DNA of 33,682 nt. Source: Clostridia bacterium (GTDB lineage: Bacteria; UBA6262; WVXT01; JAUXBS01). Shown in pieces: positions 25,046-33,682 of this stretch. Within the stretch, counting starts at the first letter, position 1. Every line of letters begins with the position of its first letter. The notes below the pieces were generated by a model, which was given only the letters and a program-made list of their open reading frames with translations, was not told the origin of the DNA and did not search any database. The DNA lies in NCBI GenBank assembly GCA_030618495.1, contig JAUXDE010000003.1, forward strand, positions 1 to 33,682, written 5' to 3'. Position numbers and translations under genes: made by a program.

Positions 25046-26233
25046 ATGATGAGATATTATACTGCGGGAGAGTCTCACGGTAAATGCCTGGTTGTAGTGC
25101 TTGAGGGGATACCTTCAGGCCTCAGGCTGAATGAAGATGACATAAACAAGGAACTAAGACGAAGACAGCATGGTTATGGACGGGGCAAGAGGATGGAAAT
25201 AGAAAAGGACAGGGTGGAAATATTAAGCGGTATCCGTTTCGGGGAAACCATCGGAAGCCCTATCAGTATGATGATAGAGAATAAGGACTGGAGTAAATGG
25301 AAAGACACGATGTCTATAAGGGAGACCCGTGACATAAAAATCATGGAGAAACCCCTGACGCATCCCCGCCCCGGCCATGCCGACCTGCCGGGAGTATTGA
25401 AGTTCAGGCGCAGTGATATCAGGGATATTCTTGAGCGTTCCAGCGCAAGGGAAACAGCATCAAGGGTAGCCGTGGGGGCAGTATGCAAAAAACTCCTGGA
25501 TGTTCTCCGGGTCAAGGTCCTGAGTTTTACCAATGAGATAGGAGGAGTCTCCATTAAACTGCCGAAAACATACATGGTGGATATTGAAAAATTCATAAAA
25601 AAAGTGGAATTGTCAAAATTGAGATGTCCCGATAAAAACGCAGATAATATGATGGTGAAGGCTATAAATGCCGCTCATAAGAAAGGTGATACTCTTGGCG
25701 GTATTTTTAGCGTGATTGTGCATAATATTACTGCGGGCCTCGGGAGTCATGTCCAGTGGGACCTGAAATTGGATGCTAAGATTGCCCGGTCGATTATGAG
25801 CATACAGGGTATAAAAGGCGTTGAAATCGGCGCTGGTTTTGACCTTGCAAGAAAGATGGGCAGTGAAGTTCATGATGAAATATTTTTTAGGTCTCCTAAA
25901 AAGCGCGGCAGGGGATACTACAGGAGGACAAACAACGCCGGGGGTATAGAAGGCGGAATAAGCAATGGTGAAAAGATAATTGTAAGGGCGGTGATGAAGC
26001 CGATACCTTCATTGCAAACCCCGCTGCGTTCTGTTGATATACTTACTAAGAAACAGGTTAAAGCGGAGGTTGTTCGCGCGGATACTTGCGCCGTCCCTGC
26101 GGCGGGAGTAGTGGGTGAATCAGTAGTGGCGTTTGAAATAGCAAAGGCCATAAAGGAAAAATTCGGCGGAGACTGCCTGTTCGGTATGAAAAGCAACTAC
26201 AACGCGTACATAGAGTATGTGAAGAACCATTAA
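25046..26233 (+). CDS. aroC: chorismate synthase
   Basis: TAGESHG, RR..GYGRG.RM, PRPGHAD, ERSSARETA.RVA.G, GG.EGG.SNG, MKPI; GGGAGG RBS. Confidence 0.98.
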   Translation: MMRYYTAGESHGKCLVVVLEGIPSGLRLNEDDINKELRRRQHGYGRGKRMEIEKDRVEILSGIRFGETIGSPISMMIENKDWSKWKDTMSIRETRDIKIMEKPLTHPRPGHADLPGVLKFRRSDIRDILERSSARETASRVAVGAVCKKLLDVLRVKVLSFTNEIGGVSIKLPKTYMVDIEKFIKKVELSKLRCPDKNADNMMVKAINAAHKKGDTLGGIFSVIVHNITAGLGSHVQWDLKLDAKIARSIMSIQGIKGVEIGAGFDLARKMGSEVHDEIFFRSPKKRGRGYYRRTNNAGGIEGGISNGEKIIVRAVMKPIPSLQTPLRSVDILTKKQVKAEVVRADTCAVPAAGVVGESVVAFEIAKAIKEKFGGDCLFGMKSNYNAYIEYVKNH

Positions 26234-26752
26234 ATGAATATCGTTTTAACAGGATTTATGGGGACGGGCAAAACTGCTGTCGGGAAAAAAACAGCAAAAG
26301 CCCTTAATATGCAATATATTGATACCGATGAGGTGATAGAAAAAGACGTGGGCAGAAAAATTCATCGGATATTCGAAGATTCAGGAGAAAAGTATTTCCG
26401 CGGGATTGAAGCAAAAGTGGTGAAATGCGTCGCGCTGCTTGATGGTTTTGTTATAAGCACGGGTGGCGGGGTTGTTTTGAAGAAAGAGAACATGAAGGAG
26501 CTTGAGAAGAACGGTATGGTAATCTGTCTTGCGGCATCACCCGAAGTGATTCTAAAACGAACCAGGAGCGCGATTTACAGACCCCTTTTAAACGTTAATG
26601 ACCCTGCCGGAAAAATAAAGGAACTCCTTGAAAAAAGGGCTCCTTTTTATAAGCGCTGCAGTTTGATGATAGATACTTCAGGTAAGTCAATAGAAGAAGT
26701 GTCAGTGGATATAATAAGTTTCGCCAGGCAAGCCGGCAAGAATAGTCAATGA
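26234..26752 (+). CDS. aroK: shikimate kinase
   Basis: GFMGTGKT Walker A, D.D, GE..FR..E, STGGG, RPLL. Confidence 0.96.
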   Translation: MNIVLTGFMGTGKTAVGKKTAKALNMQYIDTDEVIEKDVGRKIHRIFEDSGEKYFRGIEAKVVKCVALLDGFVISTGGGVVLKKENMKELEKNGMVICLAASPEVILKRTRSAIYRPLLNVNDPAGKIKELLEKRAPFYKRCSLMIDTSGKSIEEVSVDIISFARQAGKNSQ

Positions 26753-27795
26753 ATGAGACAAAAAGACTGAAACGTCTTGAATGTATATTAAGAAGCAGGA
26801 AAGTGGATGGTTTGATTGTTTCAAGCCCTTCAAACCTGTTTTACCTGACAGGTTTTCGCGCGGATGGATGCATGGGGCTGATGTCCCCCCAGGGGTTGGA
26901 GGTTTTCGTTCATCCCTTGCTTTTCAATCAGGCAAGGGACTGTACCCGGGGCGCAAAAATAGTAAACGCTAAAGAAGACCTGGTTGGCGCCATAAGGAAA
27001 AGCATAAAGAACCAGGGGTTAAAAAGAATTGCCATTGAACAGTCATATGTTTCCTACGGGTTGTACCGCCGGTTTATTAAGAGGTTTGAGGGCTGCAGTA
27101 TTATTCCCGGAGACGACCGGATAGAATTAATGCGTATGATAAAGGATGAAGAAGAAATCAGCCTGCTTAAGAAAAGCGCGCGGGTGTGTAAAAAAGCTTT
27201 CAGTCATATAAAAAAGAGTATCATTCCAGGTTGTAAGGAAAATGAATTGTCGGGCAGGATGGAATGGTATTTTAAGGGGGTTTGCGGTAAAGATATCAGC
27301 TTCAATACTATTGTTGCCTCGGGCCCGAACAGCGCTTATCCCCATCATATTCCCGGGAAAAGGAAGATAAAAAAAGACGATATAGTGATTGTTGATTCGG
27401 GTTGCAGGTACGAAGGTTATAGTTCCGACTTGACAAGGACGTTTTTTTTAGGTAATATCCATAGGTTAAAATTTAAAAAAATACTATCTGCGGTAAGAAA
27501 AGCGCAGAGTGAAGCTACCGGAGCAATCAGGCCGGGAGCGCGGTGCCGGACGCTGTATGATAAAGCGTTCAGGGTAATAAATGAAGCGGGGTTTGGCAGG
27601 TTCTTTATCCATGGGTTGGGACATGGAGTAGGAATTGATGTGCATGAAAAGCCTTATATGAATTCCAGGAGCAAAGAAGTGTTGAAGCAGGGGATGGTGG
27701 TAACCGTTGAGCCGGGGATATACGTACCCGGCATGGGCGGGGTAAGACTTGAGAACATGGTGCTGGTCACAAAGAACGGCCATCAGATTCTATAA
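26749..27795 (+). CDS. Xaa-Pro aminopeptidase (M24B)
   Basis: YLTGF creatinase-type N-domain, R.IK..EEI, PH, D.G...[28 protein letters not shown]. Confidence 0.93.
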   Translation: MNETKRLKRLECILRSRKVDGLIVSSPSNLFYLTGFRADGCMGLMSPQGLEVFVHPLLFNQARDCTRGAKIVNAKEDLVGAIRKSIKNQGLKRIAIEQSYVSYGLYRRFIKRFEGCSIIPGDDRIELMRMIKDEEEISLLKKSARVCKKAFSHIKKSIIPGCKENELSGRMEWYFKGVCGKDISFNTIVASGPNSAYPHHIPGKRKIKKDDIVIVDSGCRYEGYSSDLTRTFFLGNIHRLKFKKILSAVRKAQSEATGAIRPGARCRTLYDKAFRVINEAGFGRFFIHGLGHGVGIDVHEKPYMNSRSKEVLKQGMVVTVEPGIYVPGMGGVRLENMVLVTKNGHQIL

Positions 27796-27822
27796 TTAAA
27801 CAGAGCGTTTGGAGATAAAAAA

Positions 27823-28380
27823 ATGATTAACGCTGTTGACATCAGGAAGGGAATGAATATTATTGTGGGCGGGAAACTGTATGTTGTCCTTGACAGGCAG
27901 CACCATAAGCCGGGTAAAGGCGGAGCGGTGATGAGGACAAAAATTAAGAACCTGGACACAGGAGCCATTACGGAAAGAACTTTCAGGGGAGGGGACAAGA
28001 TAGAGGAAACGTACCTTGAAAGAAAAAAACACCAGTACCTGTACAGCGATAAGAACGGTTGTTTTTTTATGAACATGGAAACCTATGAACAGATTTCATT
28101 GTCTAAGGAACAGCTGGGAAAATCGGTGGGATTCTTAAAAGAAAATATGGATGTGAATATTCTCATGCATGTAGACAGGATAATAGGGGTGGATTTACCC
28201 AAGAACATTGTTTTAAAAGTTACATACGCCGAACCCGGACACAGGGGAGACACTGCAACTAATGTCCAGAAGCAGGCAACCGTTGAAACAGGCATTGAAG
28301 TGCAGGTTCCGTTGTTCATTAACATAGGGGATTCAATAGTGATTAATGTTGAAACGGGCAAGTACGTGTCAAGAAATTAA
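27823..28380 (+). CDS. efp: elongation factor P
   Basis: HKPGKGGA loop, YLY.D, ETYEQ, PG.RGDTA, ETG....VPLFI..G. Confidence 0.98.
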   Translation: MINAVDIRKGMNIIVGGKLYVVLDRQHHKPGKGGAVMRTKIKNLDTGAITERTFRGGDKIEETYLERKKHQYLYSDKNGCFFMNMETYEQISLSKEQLGKSVGFLKENMDVNILMHVDRIIGVDLPKNIVLKVTYAEPGHRGDTATNVQKQATVETGIEVQVPLFINIGDSIVINVETGKYVSRN

Positions 28381-28407
28381 AAAGGACAAACCTCAGGGAG
28401 ATAAAAA

Positions 28408-28884
28408 ATGAGTATAGACAAGGAATTAAAAAAAGTTGAAAAATTCATAGGTTCCCTGAAGAAAACGGACGTTGTTGAGCTTCTCTGGGAAAAAAACGGG
28501 GTAAAAATAGGATTCAAGAAAGACGATGATTCCGTTAATAACAACAGTAATGCCCATGTTAATAAAGCGCAGGCTGTCCGCGGGGCTGAAGTAAGCAATT
28601 CCGCCAATGCCCCGGAGCTGAATGATGGTAACTATATGACGGTCAAATCGAGAATGGTGGGGACATTTTACCTGTCGCCTTCGCCGGATAGCCCGGTTTA
28701 TGTAAGCGCGGGGGATGAGGTAAAATCGGGCGGCAGGATTTGCATGATTGAGGCGATGAAAGTTATGAGGGAAATAACAATTGATAAGGATGCAAGGATA
28801 ATTAAGGTATTGATTGAAAACGGACATCCCGTTGAATACAACCAGGATATGTTTTTAATTGAGCCTCTGAACAAAACCAAATAA
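28408..28884 (+). CDS. accB: biotin carboxyl carrier protein
   Basis: S.MVGTFY..PSP, IEAMKV biotin site, ENG.PVEY.Q; follows efp. Confidence 0.9.
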   Translation: MSIDKELKKVEKFIGSLKKTDVVELLWEKNGVKIGFKKDDDSVNNNSNAHVNKAQAVRGAEVSNSANAPELNDGNYMTVKSRMVGTFYLSPSPDSPVYVSAGDEVKSGGRICMIEAMKVMREITIDKDARIIKVLIENGHPVEYNQDMFLIEPLNKTK

Positions 28885-28907
28885 CACTAAGGAGGCCGCA
28901 AAGACCA

Positions 28908-30110
28908 ATGGCTAAACTTTCAATTGCGAATATTGATATTAAGGGAAAGAAAGTGCTCATGAGATGTGATTTCAACGTTCCGCTTGATGGAAACCGGAAT
29001 ATAACGGATGATACCAGGATAAAGGCCGCATTGAAGACTATAAATTATATCCTTGATAATGATTGTCCCGTGATACTGTGTTCCCATCTCGGAAGGCCAA
29101 AGGGAACGGTGAAGCCGGAACTGAGCCTGAAACCTGTCGCAGAAAGGCTGAAAGAACTCGTTCCTTCAGCTTTAAAAGTGATGATGGCTCCTGACTGTGT
29201 CGGGGAGGAAGTAAGGGAAATGGCGGGGGCATTGAAGCCAAAGGAAATACTGCTTCTGGAAAACCTTCGCTTCCATTCGGAAGAAACAGGCAATGACGAT
29301 AATTTTGCAAAGGAACTTGCTTCAATGGCAGAGGTATTCGTTCAGGAGGCTTTCGGCACGGTGCACCGCGCGCATGCTTCGACTGTGGGCGTGACAAGTC
29401 ATCTTACCGCGGTGGCGGGGTTCCTGGTTCAGAAGGAAATAGATTATCTCGGCGATGCAGTGAATAACGCCCGGAAGCCGTTTGTAGCGATACTGGGCGG
29501 CGCAAAAATATCAGGAAAGATAGAAGTGCTTAAGAGCCTTGCCGGAAGAGTTGATACAATGATAATAGGCGGAGGAATGATTTATACTTTCCTGAAATCA
29601 AAAGGCATAAGCATAGGGAATTCCCTTCTTGAAGAGGATAAAATAGGCACGGCAAAAGAAGTAATGGAGGCGGCGGCAGCTAATAATGTCAAGCTTCTTC
29701 TGCCGGAAGACCATATAACGGCCGACAAAGTTGCGCCTGACGCGGAATCAAGGGAGATACCGGAGCTCAATATTCCCGAAGGGCAGATAGGTGTTGATAT
29801 AGGCCCGAAGACAATAAAGAAATACGTTGATGAAATAAAATCCGCAAAGACCATAGTATGGAACGGTCCAATGGGAGTGTTTGAAATAGATAAATTCGCG
29901 AAAGGTACGCTGGAAATTGCAAAAGCGGTGGCTGAAGCCACTGGAAAAGGAGCGGTTTCCGTTATAGGAGGCGGTGATTCTGTAGCTGCCGTAAACAAGA
30001 TGAAACTAAATGATAAAATGACCCACATATCAACGGGAGGAGGGGCTTCGCTTGAATTCCTTGAAGGAAAAGACCTTCCCGGAATAGCAGCGCTAAAAGA
30101 TAGAGTTTAG
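28908..30110 (+). CDS. pgk: phosphoglycerate kinase
   Basis: R.DFNVP, SHLGRP, LENLRF, AFGT.HRAHAS, WNGPMGVFE, GGGDS, STGGGASLE.LEG. Confidence 0.98.
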   Translation: MAKLSIANIDIKGKKVLMRCDFNVPLDGNRNITDDTRIKAALKTINYILDNDCPVILCSHLGRPKGTVKPELSLKPVAERLKELVPSALKVMMAPDCVGEEVREMAGALKPKEILLLENLRFHSEETGNDDNFAKELASMAEVFVQEAFGTVHRAHASTVGVTSHLTAVAGFLVQKEIDYLGDAVNNARKPFVAILGGAKISGKIEVLKSLAGRVDTMIIGGGMIYTFLKSKGISIGNSLLEEDKIGTAKEVMEAAAANNVKLLLPEDHITADKVAPDAESREIPELNIPEGQIGVDIGPKTIKKYVDEIKSAKTIVWNGPMGVFEIDKFAKGTLEIAKAVAEATGKGAVSVIGGGDSVAAVNKMKLNDKMTHISTGGGASLEFLEGKDLPGIAALKDRV

Positions 30111-30153
30111 GATTTAATGTTTTAAATTTAGTGTTTAGCATTTGAATTTAAGA
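30106..30153 (+). repeat. degenerate heptamer tandem repeat (TTTAGNN-like)
   Basis: tttagga tttaatg ttttaaa tttagtg tttagca tttgaa tttaaga. Confidence 0.6.
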
Positions 30154-30167
30154 AGGAGGGATTAATA

Positions 30168-30542
30168 ATGAGTAATGTGGTTCTGGTTGTTCACATCATT
30201 ACGTCGATTGTGCTGGTTCTCATAATACTTCTGCAGATAGGGAAGGGCGCCAGTATGGCAAATCTTTTTGGCGGGGGCAGCAGTGATGCCGTGTTCTCGG
30301 GAGCGGGCGGCGATGTGTTCATGAAGAAAATAACAGTTGTTTTTGCCGTTGTTTTTGCCCTGACGTCGCTCGGGCTTACCGTATTATCCTCAAGAGGTTC
30401 TTCAAAAACAGTCATGGATAAGGTTACCCAGTCAGCTCCGCCTGTAACAGGAGTGGGCGAGGAAGAAAGCGCTATTGCGGAAGAAGAAAAGGTTCCTGTT
30501 CCGGCTGAAGAAAAACCTGCAGAGCCTTTTAATGTAGACTAA
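30168..30542 (+). CDS. secG: preprotein translocase subunit SecG
   Basis: H...S..L...ILLQ.GKG......FGGG, K.T second TM; directly upstream of tRNA-Leu. Confidence 0.95.
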   Translation: MSNVVLVVHIITSIVLVLIILLQIGKGASMANLFGGGSSDAVFSGAGGDVFMKKITVVFAVVFALTSLGLTVLSSRGSSKTVMDKVTQSAPPVTGVGEEESAIAEEEKVPVPAEEKPAEPFNVD

Positions 30543-30548
30543 ACCTAT

Positions 30549-30631
30549 GCCGAGGTGGTGGAACTTGGTAGACATGTACGCTTGAGGGGCGTATGGGGCG
30601 ACCCGTGCGGGTTCAAATCCCGCCCTCGGCA
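30549..30631 (+). tRNA. tRNA-Leu (anticodon GAG), CCA not encoded
   Basis: Acceptor GCCGAGG/CCTCGGC + A, D-arm TGGTGGAACTTGGTAGAC, anticodon arm TACGC-TTGAGGG-GCGTA, long variable arm GGG-GCGA-CCC, T-arm GCGGGTTCAAATCCCGC. Confidence 0.97.
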
Positions 30632-30676
30632 TTAATAAGATGTTCTAAACAATAAAATTTAATGGAGGTAAAGCCT

Positions 30677-31555
30677 ATGAGCGCTAAGAAAATCCTTACA
30701 ATAGATGATGATGACAGCATAAGGTTATTATTGAAAGTCCTCCTCAAACAGGCAGGGTATGAAGTCGAGGGGAAAGGAAGCGCGGAAGAAGGGTTGGAGG
30801 AACTGAAAAATAACAAGTATGACATTCTTCTTCTTGATATTATTCTGCCGGAACAGACGGGAATCGATATTCTGCCTGAAGTAGTTAAGAATTATCCGGA
30901 TATGGATGTTATAATGATATCGGGCTATGGGGACATGGGAGTTGTTATGGATTGTTTCCGAATGGGCGCCTACGATTATATTGCAAAACCCTTCAGCAAG
31001 GATTACCTTGTTAGTTCCGTAGAGAGATGCACGAAAAAGGAACTGCCTCCTGAAGTGGCGCATGAATACGATGAAAACGTAAACTTCCTGTACGATGTAA
31101 GCAAGGCAATAAAGAACCCGATGCCGATTGATAAGCTTGCGGAAACGATTATACTTGCGGGAATGAAAACCTTGAAGACGGACAGCGGTTCCCTGATGCT
31201 TGTGGATGAAGAAGCGCAGGAATTAGTGCTGAAGAAAACGCTCGGATTGAACAAGGATAAAATAAAAACCAACAGGGTAAAAATAGGCGAAGGGATAAGC
31301 GGTTGGGTGGCAAAGGAGAAAAAACCACTGCTCTTTGTTGACGAGTATGAGGATAACCCGGAATTCAAAAAGAATGAACCATGCAAGGACATAAAGTCAG
31401 CCGTTATCGTGCCCCTGGTACTTGAAGATAAGTTGGTGGGCGTACTGAACGTAAACAACGTTGTTTCCGAAAGGAAGCTTTCGGACCAGGACCTGAAGAT
31501 GATGACTATATTCTCAAAGGACTGCGCAAGAGCCATAGTCAATTTAACCGCCTGA
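30677..31555 (+). CDS. response-regulator receiver + GAF domain protein
   Basis: IL.IDDD, LLLDI.LP..G, VIMISG, YI.KPF receiver; SGSLML.D, GEGI.GWV, S...VPL....LVGVLN GAF. GGAGG RBS favours ATG 30677. Confidence 0.88.
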   Translation: MSAKKILTIDDDDSIRLLLKVLLKQAGYEVEGKGSAEEGLEELKNNKYDILLLDIILPEQTGIDILPEVVKNYPDMDVIMISGYGDMGVVMDCFRMGAYDYIAKPFSKDYLVSSVERCTKKELPPEVAHEYDENVNFLYDVSKAIKNPMPIDKLAETIILAGMKTLKTDSGSLMLVDEEAQELVLKKTLGLNKDKIKTNRVKIGEGISGWVAKEKKPLLFVDEYEDNPEFKKNEPCKDIKSAVIVPLVLEDKLVGVLNVNNVVSERKLSDQDLKMMTIFSKDCARAIVNLTA

Positions 31556-31644
31556 AGCACTGCCTGTTCTTCATCATTTAAACACAAACCTTTATGGGGG
31601 TCTATGTGACAAATAAAAATAACGAAAGATTAACGGGGTTCGGA

Positions 31645-33507
31645 ATGAAATATTTCCAGCAAATGTTAATATTTGTAAGAAACACTACGCTGGGAGTAGC
31701 AGCGGCGTTAGTTTTACTGCCGTTGGCGTCTTTTGCCGGGGATAATGAAGAGTCTTTTCTTTTCAACCTGGAAGAAGTGGTAGTGACAGGGACAAGGAGC
31801 TTGCGGATATTAAAGGACGTTCCGATTGAAACCAACGTGGTTACAAGGAATGAAATGGAGCAGGCGGGCGTTAAGGACGCGGCTGATGCAATACGCATGG
31901 TGCCGGGCTTGAGTATATCCGGAGGAGCTCCGCTGGGCGGTAACCGCAGGCTGACAGGGCTTATAAGGGGTTTACCGGCTCATTACAGCCTGCTTTTAAT
32001 TGACGGAAAGAGGACAAAGAGCGAGCATATACATACGGGAATCAACATGAATGTTGTCCCGGTTGAAATGATTGAGAGGATTGAGGTGATAAAGGGTCCT
32101 GCTTCGGCTATTTACGGGAGCGACGCGTTTGGAGGAGTCATTAATATCATAACGCGGAAATTCCCCGGGAAACACTTATTCAACCTTGATACGTCGTACG
32201 GGACTTTTAACACAGGGAACATGGGAATAACATACGGTTCACAGGCGGGAAAGCTTGATTATACGTTAAGCGGGAAAATGGTCAATACAGGCGCGTTTGA
32301 CGGTTACAGGCAGAGGAACCTGATGGCCAAAGCAGAGTATAAACTCAGTGAAAAAAATATACTTGATATGAGCGCAAAGTATTATTTGAACGGTTACAAT
32401 AAAAGCGGTGTTCCGGCAACCGATTCGTTGTTTGATTTCACAATGGGTTTGAGGAGGGATTATGGAGGTAATTCATCCCTCAAGGTGGACGGTTATTTCT
32501 GTGATTTCAACCAGGATGCAAAGGAAACCGGGAATACCACGGTAGAAATGGATGCCGTATACCACAATGATTTCAGCAAAAAACACAGCATCACCGCAGG
32601 TGTGGAGATGAAGCGTGATGATTTTAAGAGATTGGCAACACCGGCGAAGTGCGAAAATATTTACAGCACTTTTGTTGAAGAAGAAATTAAGTTATCAGAC
32701 AGATTCAATTACGTCGCGGCTTTAAGGGTTGACCTGCACCCGGGCCTGAATCCCATTTTTACCCCGAAAGTAAATTTCCTTTATAAAGCGGCTGAAAAAA
32801 CGAGCCTGAGGTTTGAAGCGGGCACCGGGTTCAGGGCGCCGTCACTCCAGGATCGTTACGAATACCATTACTGGCACAAGACATACTGGAGAGATGGAAA
32901 CCCCGACTTAAAACCTGAATACTCTGTCAGTTTCAACCTTGGGGTTGAACAGAGGTTTATAGAGGACAGGCTAATGGGCAGGCTCTCGCTGTTCAGGAAC
33001 AACATCACGGACATGATTAACGTCACCGCGGACCTGGGGCTTGACCCGAACGACGGTCAGCAGGTATACGGCAGGGAGAACCTGGCAACGGCCTTTACCC
33101 AGGGGGCTGAGATCGAATTCCGCTGGAGGGTTTTCAATCCTCTTGATGTTATATTCTGCTACAATTTCCTCGACGCGAAGGACGATGAAGGTAAAGTCCT
33201 TTCCTATAATCCGGAACATTCATTCAACCTGCGCTTTTACAGTAACTGGGATGATGCCGGCATCGTGATGTATTTATCCATGGAAAGCGCGGTTAACAGG
33301 TTCTACAAGGATAAAGAAGGGAGCGTTGAACCGCTCGACGACTATACCCTGTTAAACTTCAACCTGATAAAAAAGGTTATTAAGAGCCTGGATGTTTATC
33401 TTACGGTCGGAAACATTCTAAACCAGTCATTTGAGAGTTATGAGGAAGGAAAAGCTGAGACGAGTTTAGGCAGGACATTCACGTTCGGAGTGAAATACAA
33501 GTTATAA
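31645..33507 (+). CDS. TonB-dependent outer-membrane receptor
   Basis: TonB box LEEVVVTGTR, plug IRG...LLLIDG, IERIEVIKGPAS.IYGSDA.GGVINIIT, FRAP...NPDLKPE, NI.N..Y...GRTF..G..Y.L. Start is uncertain (31594, 31645 or later). Confidence 0.95.
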   Translation: MKYFQQMLIFVRNTTLGVAAALVLLPLASFAGDNEESFLFNLEEVVVTGTRSLRILKDVPIETNVVTRNEMEQAGVKDAADAIRMVPGLSISGGAPLGGNRRLTGLIRGLPAHYSLLLIDGKRTKSEHIHTGINMNVVPVEMIERIEVIKGPASAIYGSDAFGGVINIITRKFPGKHLFNLDTSYGTFNTGNMGITYGSQAGKLDYTLSGKMVNTGAFDGYRQRNLMAKAEYKLSEKNILDMSAKYYLNGYNKSGVPATDSLFDFTMGLRRDYGGNSSLKVDGYFCDFNQDAKETGNTTVEMDAVYHNDFSKKHSITAGVEMKRDDFKRLATPAKCENIYSTFVEEEIKLSDRFNYVAALRVDLHPGLNPIFTPKVNFLYKAAEKTSLRFEAGTGFRAPSLQDRYEYHYWHKTYWRDGNPDLKPEYSVSFNLGVEQRFIEDRLMGRLSLFRNNITDMINVTADLGLDPNDGQQVYGRENLATAFTQGAEIEFRWRVFNPLDVIFCYNFLDAKDDEGKVLSYNPEHSFNLRFYSNWDDAGIVMYLSMESAVNRFYKDKEGSVEPLDDYTLLNFNLIKKVIKSLDVYLTVGNILNQSFESYEEGKAETSLGRTFTFGVKYKL

Positions 33508-33682
33508 TCAGTCGCGGTGTTGTGCCCCAAATCAAACCCCAAGCCATTCTTCACGTTATATAAATCACATTTCAGCCGGTTTCATTAATGTAATAAAATT
33601 GTAAAGAAAATGTGTTTTTTTACCATTAATTCAAAAACAGCACATCCGTAAAGGTATTATAATATAAGGATATATATTCATA

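Noticed and set aside
31556-31644. Cobalamin riboswitch or Fur box before the TonB receptor
   Set aside because: The gap is under 90 nt and shows no B12-box or GATAATGAT-type palindrome.
795-33268. Minus-strand and nested ORFs in the six-frame track
   Set aside because: They overlap well-supported + strand genes or the tRNA and lack recognisable motifs; they are shadow ORFs.
30549-33682. Genomic island integrated at tRNA-Leu
   Set aside because: No integrase and no convincing duplicate of the tRNA 3' end in the window; tcaaaccccaagcc near 33532 is too weak.
33508-33682. Terminator or ncRNA at the window end
   Set aside because: No stable stem with a U-tract; this AT-rich sequence is probably promoter DNA for a gene outside the window.

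Overview
This 33.7 kb window is bacterial chromosome from a probably anaerobic diderm organism. Every supported gene is on the + strand; there is no CRISPR array, transposase, integrase or rRNA. In order: (1) the 3' end of a YbhB/YbcL gene, a TPR protein and a CsgG-like lipoprotein; (2) a folate-C1/lipoate operon, fhs - stand-alone lipoyl domain - lpdA - lipB - lipA - fchA - folD, with no E1/E2 or GcvP/GcvT partner and a FolD with altered catalytic motifs; (3) a hexulose-6-phosphate synthase-RraA fusion and split transketolase; (4) an envelope cluster of an NHL lipoprotein, a 1456-aa repeat-containing putative outer-membrane protein with a G10 tract, an Omp85/BamA-TamA paralogue, two GT4 enzymes and a priming sugar transferase; (5) pmbA, aroE, aroC, aroK, Xaa-Pro peptidase, efp, accB, pgk, secG and tRNA-Leu(GAG); (6) a REC-GAF protein and a TonB-dependent receptor. 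The best leads are the C1/lipoate plus HPS-RraA module, the giant OMP-Omp85 cluster, and the aroE-aroC spacer, which holds a diverged second aroE 3' end between two related perfect palindromic elements. All calls rest on motif recognition by eye; no searches were run.
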